This document shows, piece after piece, positions 16,950 to 27,359 of a DNA stretch of 64,000 bases. Below the pieces are notes generated by a model that worked only from the letters and a program-made list of their open reading frames with translations, did not search any database and had not been told where the DNA came from. This DNA is from Clostridia bacterium. Its GTDB lineage: Bacteria > Bacillota > Clostridia > Oscillospirales > CAG-272. Every line of letters starts with the position of its first letter. Within the stretch, counting starts at the first letter, position 1. Where the stretch lies: contig JAFQDF010000037.1 in NCBI GenBank assembly GCA_017416185.1, forward strand, positions 1 to 64,000, written 5' to 3'. The position numbers and the translations under genes are program-made.

Positions 16950-18212
16950 TTACTTTCTCTTCTTTGTAGCTACAAAGCCGATACCGGAGGTAGCAAGTGC
17001 ACCGAGTGCTATTGCAATACCAATATCAAATGTCTGAGCAGCGTTACCGCCTGTAGTGGTACCTGTAGTAGCCTTCTTGGTGGTAGCCTTAGCTGTAGCT
17101 TTACTTGTAGCCTTACTTGTAACCTTAACTGTAACCTTCTGTGTAACCTTGTTACCGGAAGCATCAGTTACTGCATTACCCTTGTCATCGGTAACCTCAA
17201 CAAATGCTGTCTCGGTTTCTGCAGAGGTGTTGTCATCACCGTCGGGAGTTGCTGTGGTTGTATCTTGGCCGCCCTCGTCACCGTTTGGAGCTGTAGTATC
17301 CTGGCCGCCCTCGGGAGCCTGGAGATAGAGGTTGATACCGCAGGAAAGAACGTTGTCACCGGAGGAACCATTACCGGACATACCAGTAGCAAGAGTGGTA
17401 GGACAGGTTACGAAACGGCCCCAAGTAGATCTCTCACCCGCCTCGGGATCGTCAAAACGGTCATGGTACATAGCGCCGAGTCTGATATACGCGTTTTCCT
17501 TAAGGAGGTCAGCCTTGTCTATAACACATTCGCCGAAAGTGATATCCTCAACGTCCTTGATGATGATATCCCACGGAATAGCTGCCTCGAAGTGCCAACC
17601 GTCTGTGGTCTTATGACCTGCAACCTTGACCTGATCGGTAATTTCGCCTTCGTTGATCTTGTTTCTGTACATCTTAGCAACGTCACCCTCAAAAAGACCT
17701 ATGAGATACCAGGGAGTGTAGTCCTGGTTACCGTTATATCCTGCGTCAAGCATTACGGACAGGGGGTCAATGATGATACCGAAAATATCACCGTCAAAAC
17801 CATAGTTATCAGCAGGATTATCAGGGTTAACGTCGATCCAGTCCTCACCCTCAGAATAAAGGAACTGGTTATAGCCTGCGGGGATAAGTTCGCCTGTGAT
17901 CTCGTGGTGTGTTTCAAGACCGTCAACGATCTTACCACAGTAGTAGAGATTGTCGTTATCCCAAGCAAATCTTACGTTACCGTCCATAGTAAGGGGATTA
18001 ACGTGCCAGTAGAAGCCGAGAGTATCATAGTTCATAAGAGCAGAAACAGACCAACCCTCGTTTTCATTGATAGTACCGTCAATGGTGGGAGACATAGCAG
18101 GTACGTTGATGGGGGGATTTTCAATAATTCCCTCAGCGCTTGCCATAACGTTTACCGCCATTGAAGACACGAGAATAAGTAATGTTGCAACGATTGCAAT
18201 GAATTTCTTCAT
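16950..18212 (-). CDS. Paralog D of the tandem surface-protein family
   Basis: Signal peptide MKKFIAIVATLLILVSSMAVNVMASA with an AGGAGG RBS. Its C-terminal tail is identical in type to paralog C. Confidence 0.75.
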   Translation of the reverse strand: MKKFIAIVATLLILVSSMAVNVMASAEGIIENPPINVPAMSPTIDGTINENEGWSVSALMNYDTLGFYWHVNPLTMDGNVRFAWDNDNLYYCGKIVDGLETHHEITGELIPAGYNQFLYSEGEDWIDVNPDNPADNYGFDGDIFGIIIDPLSVMLDAGYNGNQDYTPWYLIGLFEGDVAKMYRNKINEGEITDQVKVAGHKTTDGWHFEAAIPWDIIIKDVEDITFGECVIDKADLLKENAYIRLGAMYHDRFDDPEAGERSTWGRFVTCPTTLATGMSGNGSSGDNVLSCGINLYLQAPEGGQDTTAPNGDEGGQDTTTATPDGDDNTSAETETAFVEVTDDKGNAVTDASGNKVTQKVTVKVTSKATSKATAKATTKKATTGTTTGGNAAQTFDIGIAIALGALATSGIGFVATKKRK

Positions 18213-18245
18213 AACGAAATTCCTCCTAATAAAATAACTATCGGC

Positions 18246-18274
18246 ATTATAACATAGAATATGGCAAATTTCAA
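18246..18274 (-). promoter_or_regulatory. Sigma-A promoter for paralog D (TTGAAA, 17-nt spacer, TGnTATAAT)
   Basis: Minus strand TTGAAATTTGCCATATTCTATGTTATAAT. Confidence 0.45.
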
Positions 18275-18532
18275 GTAGAAAACTATTAAAATGACAAAAT
18301 AATTATGTACACAAAATTAATTTTTTAGTTGAATTGCCTTTCTATATATTATTACAGTTAAGAGGGATAAATTACTACAGCATAACAGTAATTTGTATTA
18401 AATTAAATATAGATATTTGTTCCGAAAAACAAATATCCCCCTTGATCTCGAATTTCGTATTGTTCAGATACAATATCAATCCTATCGAGAGTGATGAGTT
18501 TAGAGTGTAGAGTTTAGAGTTATAACTAAAAA

Positions 18533-18550
18533 TGCACCCCGTACGGGGTG
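18533..18550 (-). terminator. Intrinsic terminator after rplQ (GCACCCCG-TA-CGGGGTGC)
   Basis: 8-bp GC-rich stem with a T-run on the minus strand. Confidence 0.75.
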
Positions 18551-18563
18551 CAAATTTTAGTTA

Positions 18564-18908
18564 TTAGTCAACGAGCTTTACGATAGCCATCTCTGCAGCA
18601 TCGCCGCGACGGGGACCGAGCTTGTAGATACTGGTGTATCCACCGTTACGGTCGCTGTACTTGGGAGCGATCTGATCAAAGAGCTTCTTTACTACGTCTT
18701 TCTTTGTAATTACCGCAAGAGCAGCACGGCGGGATGCCAGTGTGTTTGTCTTGCCGAGTGTTATCATCTTTTCGGTAATGGAGCGTACTTCCTTTGCTCT
18801 GGTAAGAGTGGTCTCGATCTGACCGTTCTCAAGCAGATATGTTACCATACCGCGGAGCATAGCCTTACGGTGTGCGCTTGTTCTACCGAGTTTTCTGTTG
18901 CTAGGCAT
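18564..18908 (-). CDS. rplQ: 50S ribosomal protein L17
   Basis: [21 protein letters not shown]... is the L17 signature. Confidence 0.95.
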   Translation of the reverse strand: MPSNRKLGRTSAHRKAMLRGMVTYLLENGQIETTLTRAKEVRSITEKMITLGKTNTLASRRAALAVITKKDVVKKLFDQIAPKYSDRNGGYTSIYKLGPRRGDAAEMAIVKLVD

Positions 18909-18958
18909 TTAAACTTACCTCCTTTAAAGATTGGGTTCGTCTATCAATGTAGTTTAGC

Positions 18959-19906
18959 TTACTCGTCCTTCTTGAGATCCAAGCCGAGCGAATGAAGCTT
19001 CTGGATTACTTCTTCGAGTGATTTCTTTCCGAGGTTTCTGACCTTAATCATATCTTCTTCAGTACGGTTAGTCAGATCCTCAACTGTGTTGATGCCTGCA
19101 CGCTTCAAGCAGTTGAAGCTACGTACAGACATGTCAAGCTCCTCAATGACCATCTCAAGAACTTTCTCTTTCTGAGTTTCAGGTCTCTCGACCATGATCT
19201 CTGCCTTCTTCGCCTCATCAGAGAGATCAACGAAGAGGTTGAGATGCTCGTTGAGTATCTTGGCACCGAGCGATACAGCTTCCTTAGCGGAAATAGTTCC
19301 GTTAGTCTCAACGTTAAGAGTGAGCTTATCAAAATCGGTAACATTGCCCACACGTGTATTTTCTACCTTATAGCTTACGTTATACACGGGGGTGTAGATC
19401 GAATCGGTATATATAACACCGATCGTTGCGGGATTGTTCTGCTTATTCTTTTCCTGAGAAACATATCCTCTACCGTGATCCAGTGTTAACTCCATATAGA
19501 AACGGGTATTCTCGCCGACAGTTGCAATAACGTGGTCGGGATTGAGAATTTCGATTTCGCCGTCTGCTTTGATGTCACCGGCAGTTGCTACTGCGGGTCC
19601 AACAACGTCAATAACGACTGTCTTCTGTCCTTCACTGAACAGCTTTGCAATGATGCCCTTTACATTGAGAACGATCTCGGTGACGTCTTCCTTTACACCG
19701 GGAATGGTGGAGATCTCATGGAGTACGCCGTCGATCTTGATAGATACAACAGCCACACCGGGAAGAGAACTCAGAAGAACACGACGGAGTGAATTACCAA
19801 GAGTGGTGCCGAAGCCTCTCTCAAGGGGCTCCACTGTAAAGGTGCCAAATCTGCCATCGTCACTTAATTCCATTGTCTCAATATTAGGCTTTTCTATTTC
19901 TATCAT
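18959..19906 (-). CDS. rpoA: DNA-directed RNA polymerase subunit alpha
   Basis: [50 protein letters not shown]. The start was moved to the ATG after the GGAGG RBS; the ORF-track ATG lies inside the RBS. Confidence 0.95.
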   Translation of the reverse strand: MIEIEKPNIETMELSDDGRFGTFTVEPLERGFGTTLGNSLRRVLLSSLPGVAVVSIKIDGVLHEISTIPGVKEDVTEIVLNVKGIIAKLFSEGQKTVVIDVVGPAVATAGDIKADGEIEILNPDHVIATVGENTRFYMELTLDHGRGYVSQEKNKQNNPATIGVIYTDSIYTPVYNVSYKVENTRVGNVTDFDKLTLNVETNGTISAKEAVSLGAKILNEHLNLFVDLSDEAKKAEIMVERPETQKEKVLEMVIEELDMSVRSFNCLKRAGINTVEDLTNRTEEDMIKVRNLGKKSLEEVIQKLHSLGLDLKKDE

Positions 19907-19976
19907 GCACTTTTCCTCCATTTACTATATTTAATTAGTTGTTTATAATAGCTATGCGCTATTACCGGAGGCATGA

Positions 19977-20603
19977 TTACTTGGAGTACAACTCCACGAT
20001 CAGCTGCTCCTCGAACGGGAATTCGATATCTTCTCTCTTAGGAAGTGCGATTACCTTAGCCTGTACGTTCTTCTTGTCAACATCAAGCCACTTGGGGAAT
20101 ATTCTTCCGTCAAGACCTTCCATAAGTCCCTTAAGCTTCTCGGATGCGCGGCTGCTTTCCTTAACAGTAATTACATCGCCAACCTTGATCTGGATAGAGG
20201 GGATGGTAACCTTCTTACCGTTAAGTGTGAAATGTCCGTGAAGTACGAGCTGACGAGCATCGGTTCTGCTCTCTGCCATACCCATTCTGTAAACTACGTT
20301 GTCAAGACGTCTCTCAAGAAGGCTGAGAAGGTTTTCACCTGTGATACCCTCCATCTTGTCTGCCTTTACGTAATAGCTCTTGAACTGCTTTTCAAGAACT
20401 CCGTAGTATCTCTTGGTCTTCTGCTTCTCACGAAGCTGCATTCCGTACTCTTCAACCTTCTTTCTTGCTGCACCGTGCTGACCGGGAGCAGTAGGTCTGC
20501 GGTCGAAGGAACATTTACCGGAAAGACATCTTTCGCCCTTGAGGAAGAGCTTTGTGCCCTCTCTGCGGCAAAGTCTGCAAGCAGGTCCTGTATATCTTGC
20601 CAT
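19977..20603 (-). CDS. rpsD: 30S ribosomal protein S4
   Basis: [26 protein letters not shown]... Confidence 0.95.
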   Translation of the reverse strand: MARYTGPACRLCRREGTKLFLKGERCLSGKCSFDRRPTAPGQHGAARKKVEEYGMQLREKQKTKRYYGVLEKQFKSYYVKADKMEGITGENLLSLLERRLDNVVYRMGMAESRTDARQLVLHGHFTLNGKKVTIPSIQIKVGDVITVKESSRASEKLKGLMEGLDGRIFPKWLDVDKKNVQAKVIALPKREDIEFPFEEQLIVELYSK

Positions 20604-20624
20604 ATTTCTGATCCTCCCTTTAAA

Positions 20625-21017
20625 TTAAACTCTGCGGCGCTTAGGCGGTCTGCATCCGTTATGAGGGATGGGTGTAACATCCTTGATCATTGTGATGTCA
20701 AGACCAGCAGTCTGAAGTGCGCGGATTGCGGATTCACGACCGGAACCGGGGCCCTTAACAAAAACCTCAACGGTCTTCATGCCGTGATCAACAGCTGCCT
20801 TTGCAGCAGTTTCTGCTGCCATCTGTGCAGCAAACGGAGTGGATTTTCTGGAACCCTTGAAACCGAGCTCACCGGCAGATGCCCATGATACTGCGTTTCC
20901 GGCCACATCCGTTATGGTTACGATTGTATTATTGAAAGTTGCTCTGATATGTGCAGCGCCCTTTTCAATATTCTTGCGCTCACGGCGCTTTCTGGTAACT
21001 TTCTTTACGTTAGCCAT
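20625..21017 (-). CDS. rpsK: 30S ribosomal protein S11
   Basis: ...[30 protein letters not shown]... Confidence 0.95.
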   Translation of the reverse strand: MANVKKVTRKRRERKNIEKGAAHIRATFNNTIVTITDVAGNAVSWASAGELGFKGSRKSTPFAAQMAAETAAKAAVDHGMKTVEVFVKGPGSGRESAIRALQTAGLDITMIKDVTPIPHNGCRPPKRRRV

Positions 21018-21031
21018 TAGGTTGTCACTCC

Positions 21032-21400
21032 TTACTTCTTCTTATTTGCGATTGTCTTAGCGGGACCCTTTCTGGTTCTCGCGTTAGTCTTGGTACGCTG
21101 ACCTCTTACGGGGAGGCCTTTTCTGTGACGCATACCGCGGTAGCAGTTTACCTCGATAAGTCTCTTGATGTTCATACCAACCTCACGGCGAAGGTCACCT
21201 TCTACCATGTAGTTGTTTTCGATCTCGTCACGGAGCTTAGCTACCTGATCCTCGGTAAGGTCCTTAGCACGGGTATCAGGATCGATACCTGTTGTCTCAA
21301 GGATCTTTGTAGCAGATGTTCTGCCGATACCGTATATATAGGTCAGTGCGATTTCAATACGTTTGGAATTAGGAATATCTACGCCTGCTATACGAGCCAT
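21032..21400 (-). CDS. rpsM: 30S ribosomal protein S13
   Basis: [26 protein letters not shown]... Confidence 0.95.
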   Translation of the reverse strand: MARIAGVDIPNSKRIEIALTYIYGIGRTSATKILETTGIDPDTRAKDLTEDQVAKLRDEIENNYMVEGDLRREVGMNIKRLIEVNCYRGMRHRKGLPVRGQRTKTNARTRKGPAKTIANKKK

Positions 21401-21439
21401 TTGATTTTCTCCTTATTTTAGTTTGTTGCATTCGTCAAA

Positions 21440-21553
21440 TGCTGCGATTAACCCTGTCTCTGCTTATGCTTGGGGTTCTCGCATATAACCATTACGTTAC
21501 CTTTTCTCTTAATGATCTTGCACTTTTCGCAGATCTTCTTAACGGACGGTTTA
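21440..21553 (-). CDS. rpmJ: 50S ribosomal protein L36 (37 aa), missed by the ORF track
   Basis: Minus-strand translation gives [37 protein letters not shown] with a Zn-ribbon C-x2-C...C-x4-H pattern. Confidence 0.9.
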
Positions 21554-21579
21554 ACCTTCATTTTAATACCTATCCTTTC

Positions 21580-21798
21580 TTATTTGGCACGCCAGGTGAT
21601 ACGGCCCTTTGTGAGGTCATACATTGAAACCTCAACAGTAACCTTGTCTCCCGGAAGTATCCATATATAATTCATTCTCAGTTTACCTGAAATGTGTGCT
21701 GTTACAAAGTGTCCGTTGGGAAGCTGTACCTTGAAGTTTGCATTAGGCAGCGCTTCTACAACAGTTCCTTCGAACTCAATTACGTCATCCTTAGCCAC
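21580..21798 (-). CDS. infA: Translation initiation factor IF-1
   Basis: [53 protein letters not shown]. Confidence 0.95.
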   Translation of the reverse strand: MAKDDVIEFEGTVVEALPNANFKVQLPNGHFVTAHISGKLRMNYIWILPGDKVTVEVSMYDLTKGRITWRAK

Positions 21799-21814
21799 GG
21801 ATTTTTCCTCCTAT

Positions 21815-22057
21815 TTATGATTGAGAAATATTGTTAATAAGCTCAGTGAGCTTTTTGTTGGTCTCCGGTATTTCTACAGGGTCGTTTGCAAGAAGCTTTA
21901 TATGCTTAAGCTTTTTTCTCTTCGGTTTTTCTAATCTTCTGAGCTCACCGTCACAAAGCAGTACGAAGTTTTCATTGGGTGTACCAACTATTACGAACAC
22001 CCTGCCCTCGTCTCTGCCGGCGGTACTTTGGGCAAATCTACCGATCATAGTGATCAC
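21815..22057 (-). CDS. KOW-domain RNA-binding protein (YbzG-like), lying between map and infA
   Basis: 80 aa with a GRDEGRVFVIVG KOW-like motif. Its position matches B. subtilis ybzG. Confidence 0.6.
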   Translation of the reverse strand: MITMIGRFAQSTAGRDEGRVFVIVGTPNENFVLLCDGELRRLEKPKRKKLKHIKLLANDPVEIPETNKKLTELINNISQS

Positions 22058-22806
22058 TCCACAAGTGTGAGGAGCTCGACACCGTTTTCGGTAAGAGCGA
22101 CCGTATGCTCATAGTGACAGGACAAAGATCTGTCCGCACTCAAAACCGTCCAGCCGTCACTAAGCTCAATAACATCGCTTGTTCCCATGTTTACCATAGG
22201 CTCAATCGCTATTACCATACCAACCGAAAGTCTCGGACCTCTGCCTGCTCTTCCGTAGTTTGGGACCTCGGGGGACTCGTGCAACTCATGGCCCACACCG
22301 TGTCCTACATATCGCTTAACGACGTTGTAACCGTTTGCAGTTACGTGTGACTCTATCGCGTGACCGATATCACCTATCCTGTTCCCAGCCTTAAACTGTT
22401 CAATACCGCGAAAGAAGGATTCCTTAGTAGTTTCGATCAGTTTTTTGGCTTCGGGAGTTATATTACCTACGGCGAAGGTGTTTGCACTGTCGCCGTGAAA
22501 GCCGCGGTAATAGGCGCCTACATCGATCTTTACGATATCGCCCTCTTGCAGGTAAACATTTTGAGAGGGTATACCGTGTATCACCTGCTCGTTTATGCTG
22601 ATGCATGCGCTTCCGGGGAAGCCGCCGTACCCTAAAAATGAGGGTCTTGCACCGCATTTCTCGATATGATGACGGATCAAATCATCAAGATGCTTTGTGG
22701 TTATACCTGCTCTGACCGCCTCACCGGCAAGGGCTAATGCTTCACCGGTGATACGTCCTGCTTCTTTCATAAGAGCTATCTGCTCGGAATTTTTTAACTG
22801 GATCAT
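22054..22806 (-). CDS. map: Methionine aminopeptidase type I
   Basis: 250 aa with the metal-binding residue pattern (HGIP...DIVKIDVGA...HGVGHELHE). Confidence 0.95.
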   Translation of the reverse strand: MIQLKNSEQIALMKEAGRITGEALALAGEAVRAGITTKHLDDLIRHHIEKCGARPSFLGYGGFPGSACISINEQVIHGIPSQNVYLQEGDIVKIDVGAYYRGFHGDSANTFAVGNITPEAKKLIETTKESFFRGIEQFKAGNRIGDIGHAIESHVTANGYNVVKRYVGHGVGHELHESPEVPNYGRAGRGPRLSVGMVIAIEPMVNMGTSDVIELSDGWTVLSADRSLSCHYEHTVALTENGVELLTLVE

Positions 22807-22814
22807 AAATAAAT

Positions 22815-23444
22815 TTATTTCAGTGCCTCAAGAGTCAGTGCAGTAGTATCTGCTACCTCTTCCTGACCGATGACTGTTACAAGCTTACCCGTCTTTTCAT
22901 AGTAGTCCTTTAAGGGCTCGGTAACCTTATGATAGGTTGCAAGTCTGTCAAGTACAACTTCGGGCTTATCGTCCTCTCTGATTGTAAGTGCAACTCCGCA
23001 CTTGTCACAGGTCTCACCCGTTTTTGACGGTTTATACTCTGTATGGAAGGTAGCTCCGCATGCAGGACACGCGCGTCTACCGCTCATACGTGTAACTATT
23101 TTTTCGTCGGGTACCTCAATATTTACTACCTTGTCGATAGTAACACCCATAGCGTCTAGCGCTTCTGCCTGAGGAACCGTTCTTGGGAAACCGTCAAGAA
23201 TGAAGCCGTTTGCACAGTCATCCTTTGCCAGTCTCTCTTTTATGATTCCGATTACAACCTCATCGGGAACAAGTGCACCCTTACTGGTGAATTCCTTCGC
23301 CTTAGTGCCCATATCGGTACCGACTTTGATTGCTTCACGGATTATTGCACCTGTGGATATTGCAGGAATATTAAAGGTCTCAGCGGCAATCTCAGCCTGG
23401 GTTCCCTTACCTGCACCCGGTGCTCCTAAAAAAATGATTTTCAT
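22815..23444 (-). CDS. adk: Adenylate kinase (with zinc-binding lid, CPAC...CDKC)
   Basis: MKIIFLGAPGAGKGTQAEIAA. Confidence 0.95.
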   Translation of the reverse strand: MKIIFLGAPGAGKGTQAEIAAETFNIPAISTGAIIREAIKVGTDMGTKAKEFTSKGALVPDEVVIGIIKERLAKDDCANGFILDGFPRTVPQAEALDAMGVTIDKVVNIEVPDEKIVTRMSGRRACPACGATFHTEYKPSKTGETCDKCGVALTIREDDKPEVVLDRLATYHKVTEPLKDYYEKTGKLVTVIGQEEVADTTALTLEALK

Positions 23445-23526
23445 CTGTTATTCCTCCACTCTGTATGCGGGTGGTTAGATGGCTGCCAAAGAGCCTGAGC
23501 TCTTTGGTAGCATCATTACGTTAATC

Positions 23527-24849
23527 TTACTCAAGGAATCCCTTGTAGTGACGCATTGTCATCTGTCCCTCGATCTCGCGTGCAGTCTCAAGTACAACAC
23601 CTACTACGATAAGAAGTGAGGAACCGCCGAATGCGATACCCTGAAGTACACCACCACTTACCCAGTTAGCAATCATAGGAATAATAGCTACTATGCAAAG
23701 GAAGAACGCACCGATAAGAACGATACGGTTAAGAACCTTTGTAATGTAGTCAGAGGTAGGCTTTCCGGGTCTGATACCGGGAATGAAACCACCGTTCTTC
23801 TTAAGATTGTTAGATACTTCAACCGGGTTGAAGGAGATCGAAATATAGAAGTATGCGAACGCTACGATAAGCACTGCAAAGAATAAGGGATAAAACCATT
23901 CGTTGGGGGAGAAGAAATTAACGATCTTTTCCCATATGCCACCTGCCTTAGGCGGGAACATCAGTGCGAGTGTCGAGGGCAGAGCCACGATAGAGTTCGC
24001 AAAGATGATGGGCATAACACCGGACATATTGAGCTTAATGGGAAGATGCGTGCTCTGACCACCGTACATCTTTCTTCCGACAACCTTCTTAGCATACTGT
24101 ACAGGAAGTCTTCTTTCACTTTCGGTAATGAATACAACGAATGTAATAATAGCGAGAGATGCGATAACGATCACCTCAGCAATAACTATACCCCAAGGAC
24201 CTGTGAGGATAAATGCCTTCAAGGTCTCAATGATACCCATTGTGCCTGCAAGGATGTTGGCAAAAAGGATAATGGAGATACCGTTACCGATACCGAATTC
24301 GTTGATCTGCTCAGCGAGCCACATTACAAGTGCAGTACCTGCAACATAACAACCGATGATTACGATAGCGCCAAATACGCTCTTACCTTCCTTGGTAAGA
24401 ATATCGCCACCAAGCTGTGTTACAGAGAAGTTGAAGTTGTTTTTCATAGTCATATAATAACCGAATGCGGTTATTAGACCGAGAACAACTGTAATTATAC
24501 GAGTCCACTGAGTCAGGATCTTCTTGCCTTCCTCGCCCTGTTTAGAAAGTCTCTCAAGAGCGGGAATAGCCACAGAAAGAAGCTGAATAACGATGGATGC
24601 TGTGATGTAGGGGGAGATGGAAAGTGCGAAGAGTGTTGCCTGTGAGAATGCGGAACCGGAAATTATGTCCATATACTGGAACAGAGATCCGCCCATAGAT
24701 GAACCAAACACATTACCCATTACGTTAGAGTTAATGAAAGGTACAGGAACCATCGCACCGAGACGGTACAGAATGACAATAAATATTGTCATCAGTAACT
24801 TCTTACGCAGTTCGGGAATCTTCCAGGCATTTCTAAATGTCTTAAGCAC
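23527..24849 (-). CDS. secY: Preprotein translocase subunit SecY
   Basis: 440 aa with 10 TM helices and the typical SecY N-terminus. Confidence 0.95.
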   Translation of the reverse strand: MLKTFRNAWKIPELRKKLLMTIFIVILYRLGAMVPVPFINSNVMGNVFGSSMGGSLFQYMDIISGSAFSQATLFALSISPYITASIVIQLLSVAIPALERLSKQGEEGKKILTQWTRIITVVLGLITAFGYYMTMKNNFNFSVTQLGGDILTKEGKSVFGAIVIIGCYVAGTALVMWLAEQINEFGIGNGISIILFANILAGTMGIIETLKAFILTGPWGIVIAEVIVIASLAIITFVVFITESERRLPVQYAKKVVGRKMYGGQSTHLPIKLNMSGVMPIIFANSIVALPSTLALMFPPKAGGIWEKIVNFFSPNEWFYPLFFAVLIVAFAYFYISISFNPVEVSNNLKKNGGFIPGIRPGKPTSDYITKVLNRIVLIGAFFLCIVAIIPMIANWVSGGVLQGIAFGGSSLLIVVGVVLETAREIEGQMTMRHYKGFLE

Positions 24850-24850
24850 C

Positions 24851-25291
24851 TTAGATCACCTCTGCCTTTCCTCCTGCTGCTTCAATCTTTTCCTTAGCGG
24901 ATGCGGAGAAGATTGCTGCCTTAACAGTTAAATTCTTGGTAATTTCGCCGTTACCTAATACCTTAAGACCGTCAAGTTCCTTACGGATCATACCGGACTC
25001 AAGAAGTACCGCCATATCAACAATAGCGCCGTTCTCAAACTTGTTGAGGTCCTCTACGTTGACGATAGCGTATTCCTTGGAGAAGATATTCTTAAATCCT
25101 CTCTTGGGAAGCTTTCTATAAAGCGGAAGCTGACCGCCCTCAAAACCGGGACGTACACCGCCGCCGGAACGAGCGTTTTGACCCTTATGGCCCTTGCCTG
25201 CGGTCTTGCCGTTACCCGAACCGTGGCCTCTGCCCTTACGCCATGCAGGCTTAGCAGAACCGGGAGCGGGTGAAAGTTCATGGAGCTTCAT
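24851..25291 (-). CDS. rplO: 50S ribosomal protein L15
   Basis: [38 protein letters not shown]. Confidence 0.95.
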   Translation of the reverse strand: MKLHELSPAPGSAKPAWRKGRGHGSGNGKTAGKGHKGQNARSGGGVRPGFEGGQLPLYRKLPKRGFKNIFSKEYAIVNVEDLNKFENGAIVDMAVLLESGMIRKELDGLKVLGNGEITKNLTVKAAIFSASAKEKIEAAGGKAEVI

Positions 25292-25312
25292 TGGTTTTTC
25301 CTCCTTTTAGAA

Positions 25313-25489
25313 TTACTCGCCAACTTTAACGAGGTGAGATATTACCTTAACCTTGCCTGCGAGAACTGCGTTGTCCTCGTGCTCGATGTAATCACCGATC
25401 TTAGCAAGTCCAAGGGACTTAGCGGTAAGCTTCTGATTGGGCTTAGCGCCGATGAGGCTCTTTACAAGAGTAACTTTAACCTTAGCCAT
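25313..25489 (-). CDS. rpmD: 50S ribosomal protein L30 (58 aa), missed by the ORF track
   Basis: Minus-strand translation gives MAKVKVTLVKSLIGAKPNQKLTAKSLGLAKIGDYIEHEDNAVLAGKVKVISHLVKVGE with a GGAGGG RBS upstream. Confidence 0.9.
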   Translation of the reverse strand: MAKVKVTLVKSLIGAKPNQKLTAKSLGLAKIGDYIEHEDNAVLAGKVKVISHLVKVGE

Positions 25490-25506
25490 TCTAAAGACCC
25501 TCCTTA

Positions 25507-26004
25507 TTATAACTGATCAGCGGAAATGCCGCGCATTGCAGCAACTTCCTCTGCTGTACGAAGTGCGCGCAGACCCTCGAATGTTGCCTTAACAACGTTT
25601 GCGGGGTTGTTGGAGCGCAGACACTTTGCTCTGATGTTCTTGATACCTGCAGCCTCGAGTACCTTACGTACTACGCCGCCTGCGATGATACCGGTACCTT
25701 CTGCTGCGGGCTTGAGAAGTACTCTGCCTGCACCGTACTCACCGATGATCTCGTGGGGAATAGTTGTACCCTTGAGAGATACCTTGATCATATTCTTCTT
25801 TGCATCTTCGATTGCCTTACGGATAGCCTCGGGAACCTCGGCTGCCTTACCGGAACCGTAACCTACGTGACCGTTACCGTCACCAACGATCATGATCGCT
25901 GTAAAACGGATGATACGACCACCCTTAACGGTCTTAGATACACGCTTTATAGCAACATTGGTTTCGATAAGATCCAATGTAGCTGCATCTATTTTCTGTG
26001 CCAT
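25507..26004 (-). CDS. rpsE: 30S ribosomal protein S5
   Basis: ...[29 protein letters not shown]... Confidence 0.95.
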   Translation of the reverse strand: MAQKIDAATLDLIETNVAIKRVSKTVKGGRIIRFTAIMIVGDGNGHVGYGSGKAAEVPEAIRKAIEDAKKNMIKVSLKGTTIPHEIIGEYGAGRVLLKPAAEGTGIIAGGVVRKVLEAAGIKNIRAKCLRSNNPANVVKATFEGLRALRTAEEVAAMRGISADQL

Positions 26005-26023
26005 ATCTTATTACTCCTCCTAC

Positions 26024-26383
26024 TCAGAATTTCAGGCCGCCCTCGCGAGCGCCTTCAGCAAGCTCGAGTACACGTCCGTGATAGAGATAACCGCCACGGT
26101 CAAATACAACTGTGTCGATATTCTTCTCAAGTGCTCTTGCTGCGATGATCTTACCGATCTCACGAGCAGCAGTCTTGTTGCCGCCGTATTCGGTAAAGGT
26201 CTTCTCGAGTGTGGATGCGGAAACGAGAGTGTTTCCGTTAACATCGTCTATGATCTGTACAGAGATGTTAGCGTTGGAGCGATATACACAAAGACGGGGT
26301 CTCTCGGGAGTACCGGAAATCTTTGCTCTAACTCTTGCATGTCTCTTAAGACGTGCCTTGTTTGTGTCTTTTCTAGATACCAT
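26024..26383 (-). CDS. rplR: 50S ribosomal protein L18
   Basis: ...[18 protein letters not shown]... Confidence 0.95.
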   Translation of the reverse strand: MVSRKDTNKARLKRHARVRAKISGTPERPRLCVYRSNANISVQIIDDVNGNTLVSASTLEKTFTEYGGNKTAAREIGKIIAARALEKNIDTVVFDRGGYLYHGRVLELAEGAREGGLKF

Positions 26384-26401
26384 TGCAAACCCTCTCCTTT
26401 C

Positions 26402-26941
26402 TTACTTACCGGCCTTACCAGCCTTGCGGCGGATATGCTCGTCAGCGTACTTGATACCCTTGCCGTGGTAGGGTTCAGGGGGTCTCTTCTCTCTTACGAG
26501 AGCTGCAACCTGACCAACCTTCTGCTTGTCGATACCGGATACGATAATTGTGTTAGCATCGGGTACCTCAAAGGTAACGCCGTCTGCATCTTCAAACTTA
26601 ACGTCGTGGGAATAACCGAGGTTGAGGTTGAGAACCTTACCAGCCTTAGCTGCTCTGTAACCTACGCCGTTGATTTCAAGCTTCTTGGAATAGCCCTGGC
26701 TTACACCGATAACCATATTGTTAAGAAGTGTTCTTGTAAGGCCGTGAAGAGACTTGTGTTCCTTAGACTCCGAAGGACGCTCAACAGTAACAACTGCGCC
26801 GTCTACGGTGATCTTCATTGCTGTGTTTAATGCCTGTGTAAGTGTTCCCTTAGGACCCTTTACGGTAACAAGGTTGTCAGCGCCTACTGTAACTTCAACG
26901 CCTGCGGGAACATTTATAGGCTGTCTACCAATTCTGGACAT
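26402..26941 (-). CDS. rplF: 50S ribosomal protein L6
   Basis: MSRIGRQPINVPAGVEVTV... Confidence 0.95.
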   Translation of the reverse strand: MSRIGRQPINVPAGVEVTVGADNLVTVKGPKGTLTQALNTAMKITVDGAVVTVERPSESKEHKSLHGLTRTLLNNMVIGVSQGYSKKLEINGVGYRAAKAGKVLNLNLGYSHDVKFEDADGVTFEVPDANTIIVSGIDKQKVGQVAALVREKRPPEPYHGKGIKYADEHIRRKAGKAGK

Positions 26942-26963
26942 ATTCTAAATCCTCCCTATCTTA

Positions 26964-27359
26964 TTACCATACGAAGGCGAGAACTTCGCCGCCTACGTTT
27001 TCTTTACGTGCGTTCTTGTCGGTCATAATACCCTTGGAAGTGGAGATGATCGCAATTCCAAGACCGTTCATAACCTTGGGAATATCCTCACAGTTGGAGT
27101 AAACGCGGAGACCGGGCTTGGATACACGCTTGATGCCTGTAATAGCCTTCTTCTTGTTTACATACTTGAGTGTGATTCTGATGATACCCTGCTTGCCATC
27201 CTCGACAACCTGGTATCCCTTGATGTAACCCTCGTTTGTAAGAATGTCTGCGATAGACTTCTTCATATTGGATGCGGGAACATCAACTGTTTCGTGTTTT
27301 GCGTTGCTTGCGTTTCTGATACGTGTAAGCATATCCGCAATTACGTCTGACATTTGCAT
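26964..27359 (-). CDS. rpsH: 30S ribosomal protein S8
   Basis: ...[14 protein letters not shown]... Confidence 0.95.
   Translation of the reverse strand: MQMSDVIADMLTRIRNASNAKHETVDVPASNMKKSIADILTNEGYIKGYQVVEDGKQGIIRITLKYVNKKKAITGIKRVSKPGLRVYSNCEDIPKVMNGLGIAIISTSKGIMTDKNARKENVGGEVLAFVW

Noticed and set aside
14212-17328. Plus-strand ORFs beginning MVPVVAFLVVALAVAL... inside paralogs B, C and D (14212-14463, 15626-15937, 17056-17328), and the 299-aa ORF at 17265-18164
   Set aside because: They are antisense translations of the Thr/Lys/Ala-rich linker and body of the surface-protein genes. Each is repeated only because the sense genes are paralogous.
25892-26830. 312-aa plus-strand ORF across rplR/rplF, and similar long antisense ORFs at 28970-29668, 31517-32224, 48145-49095 and 62118-63140
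   Set aside because: They are antisense to highly conserved ribosomal, ftsK or SLH-protein genes, with no RBS. Their composition is biased toward Cys/Leu/Val, which is typical of antisense frames.
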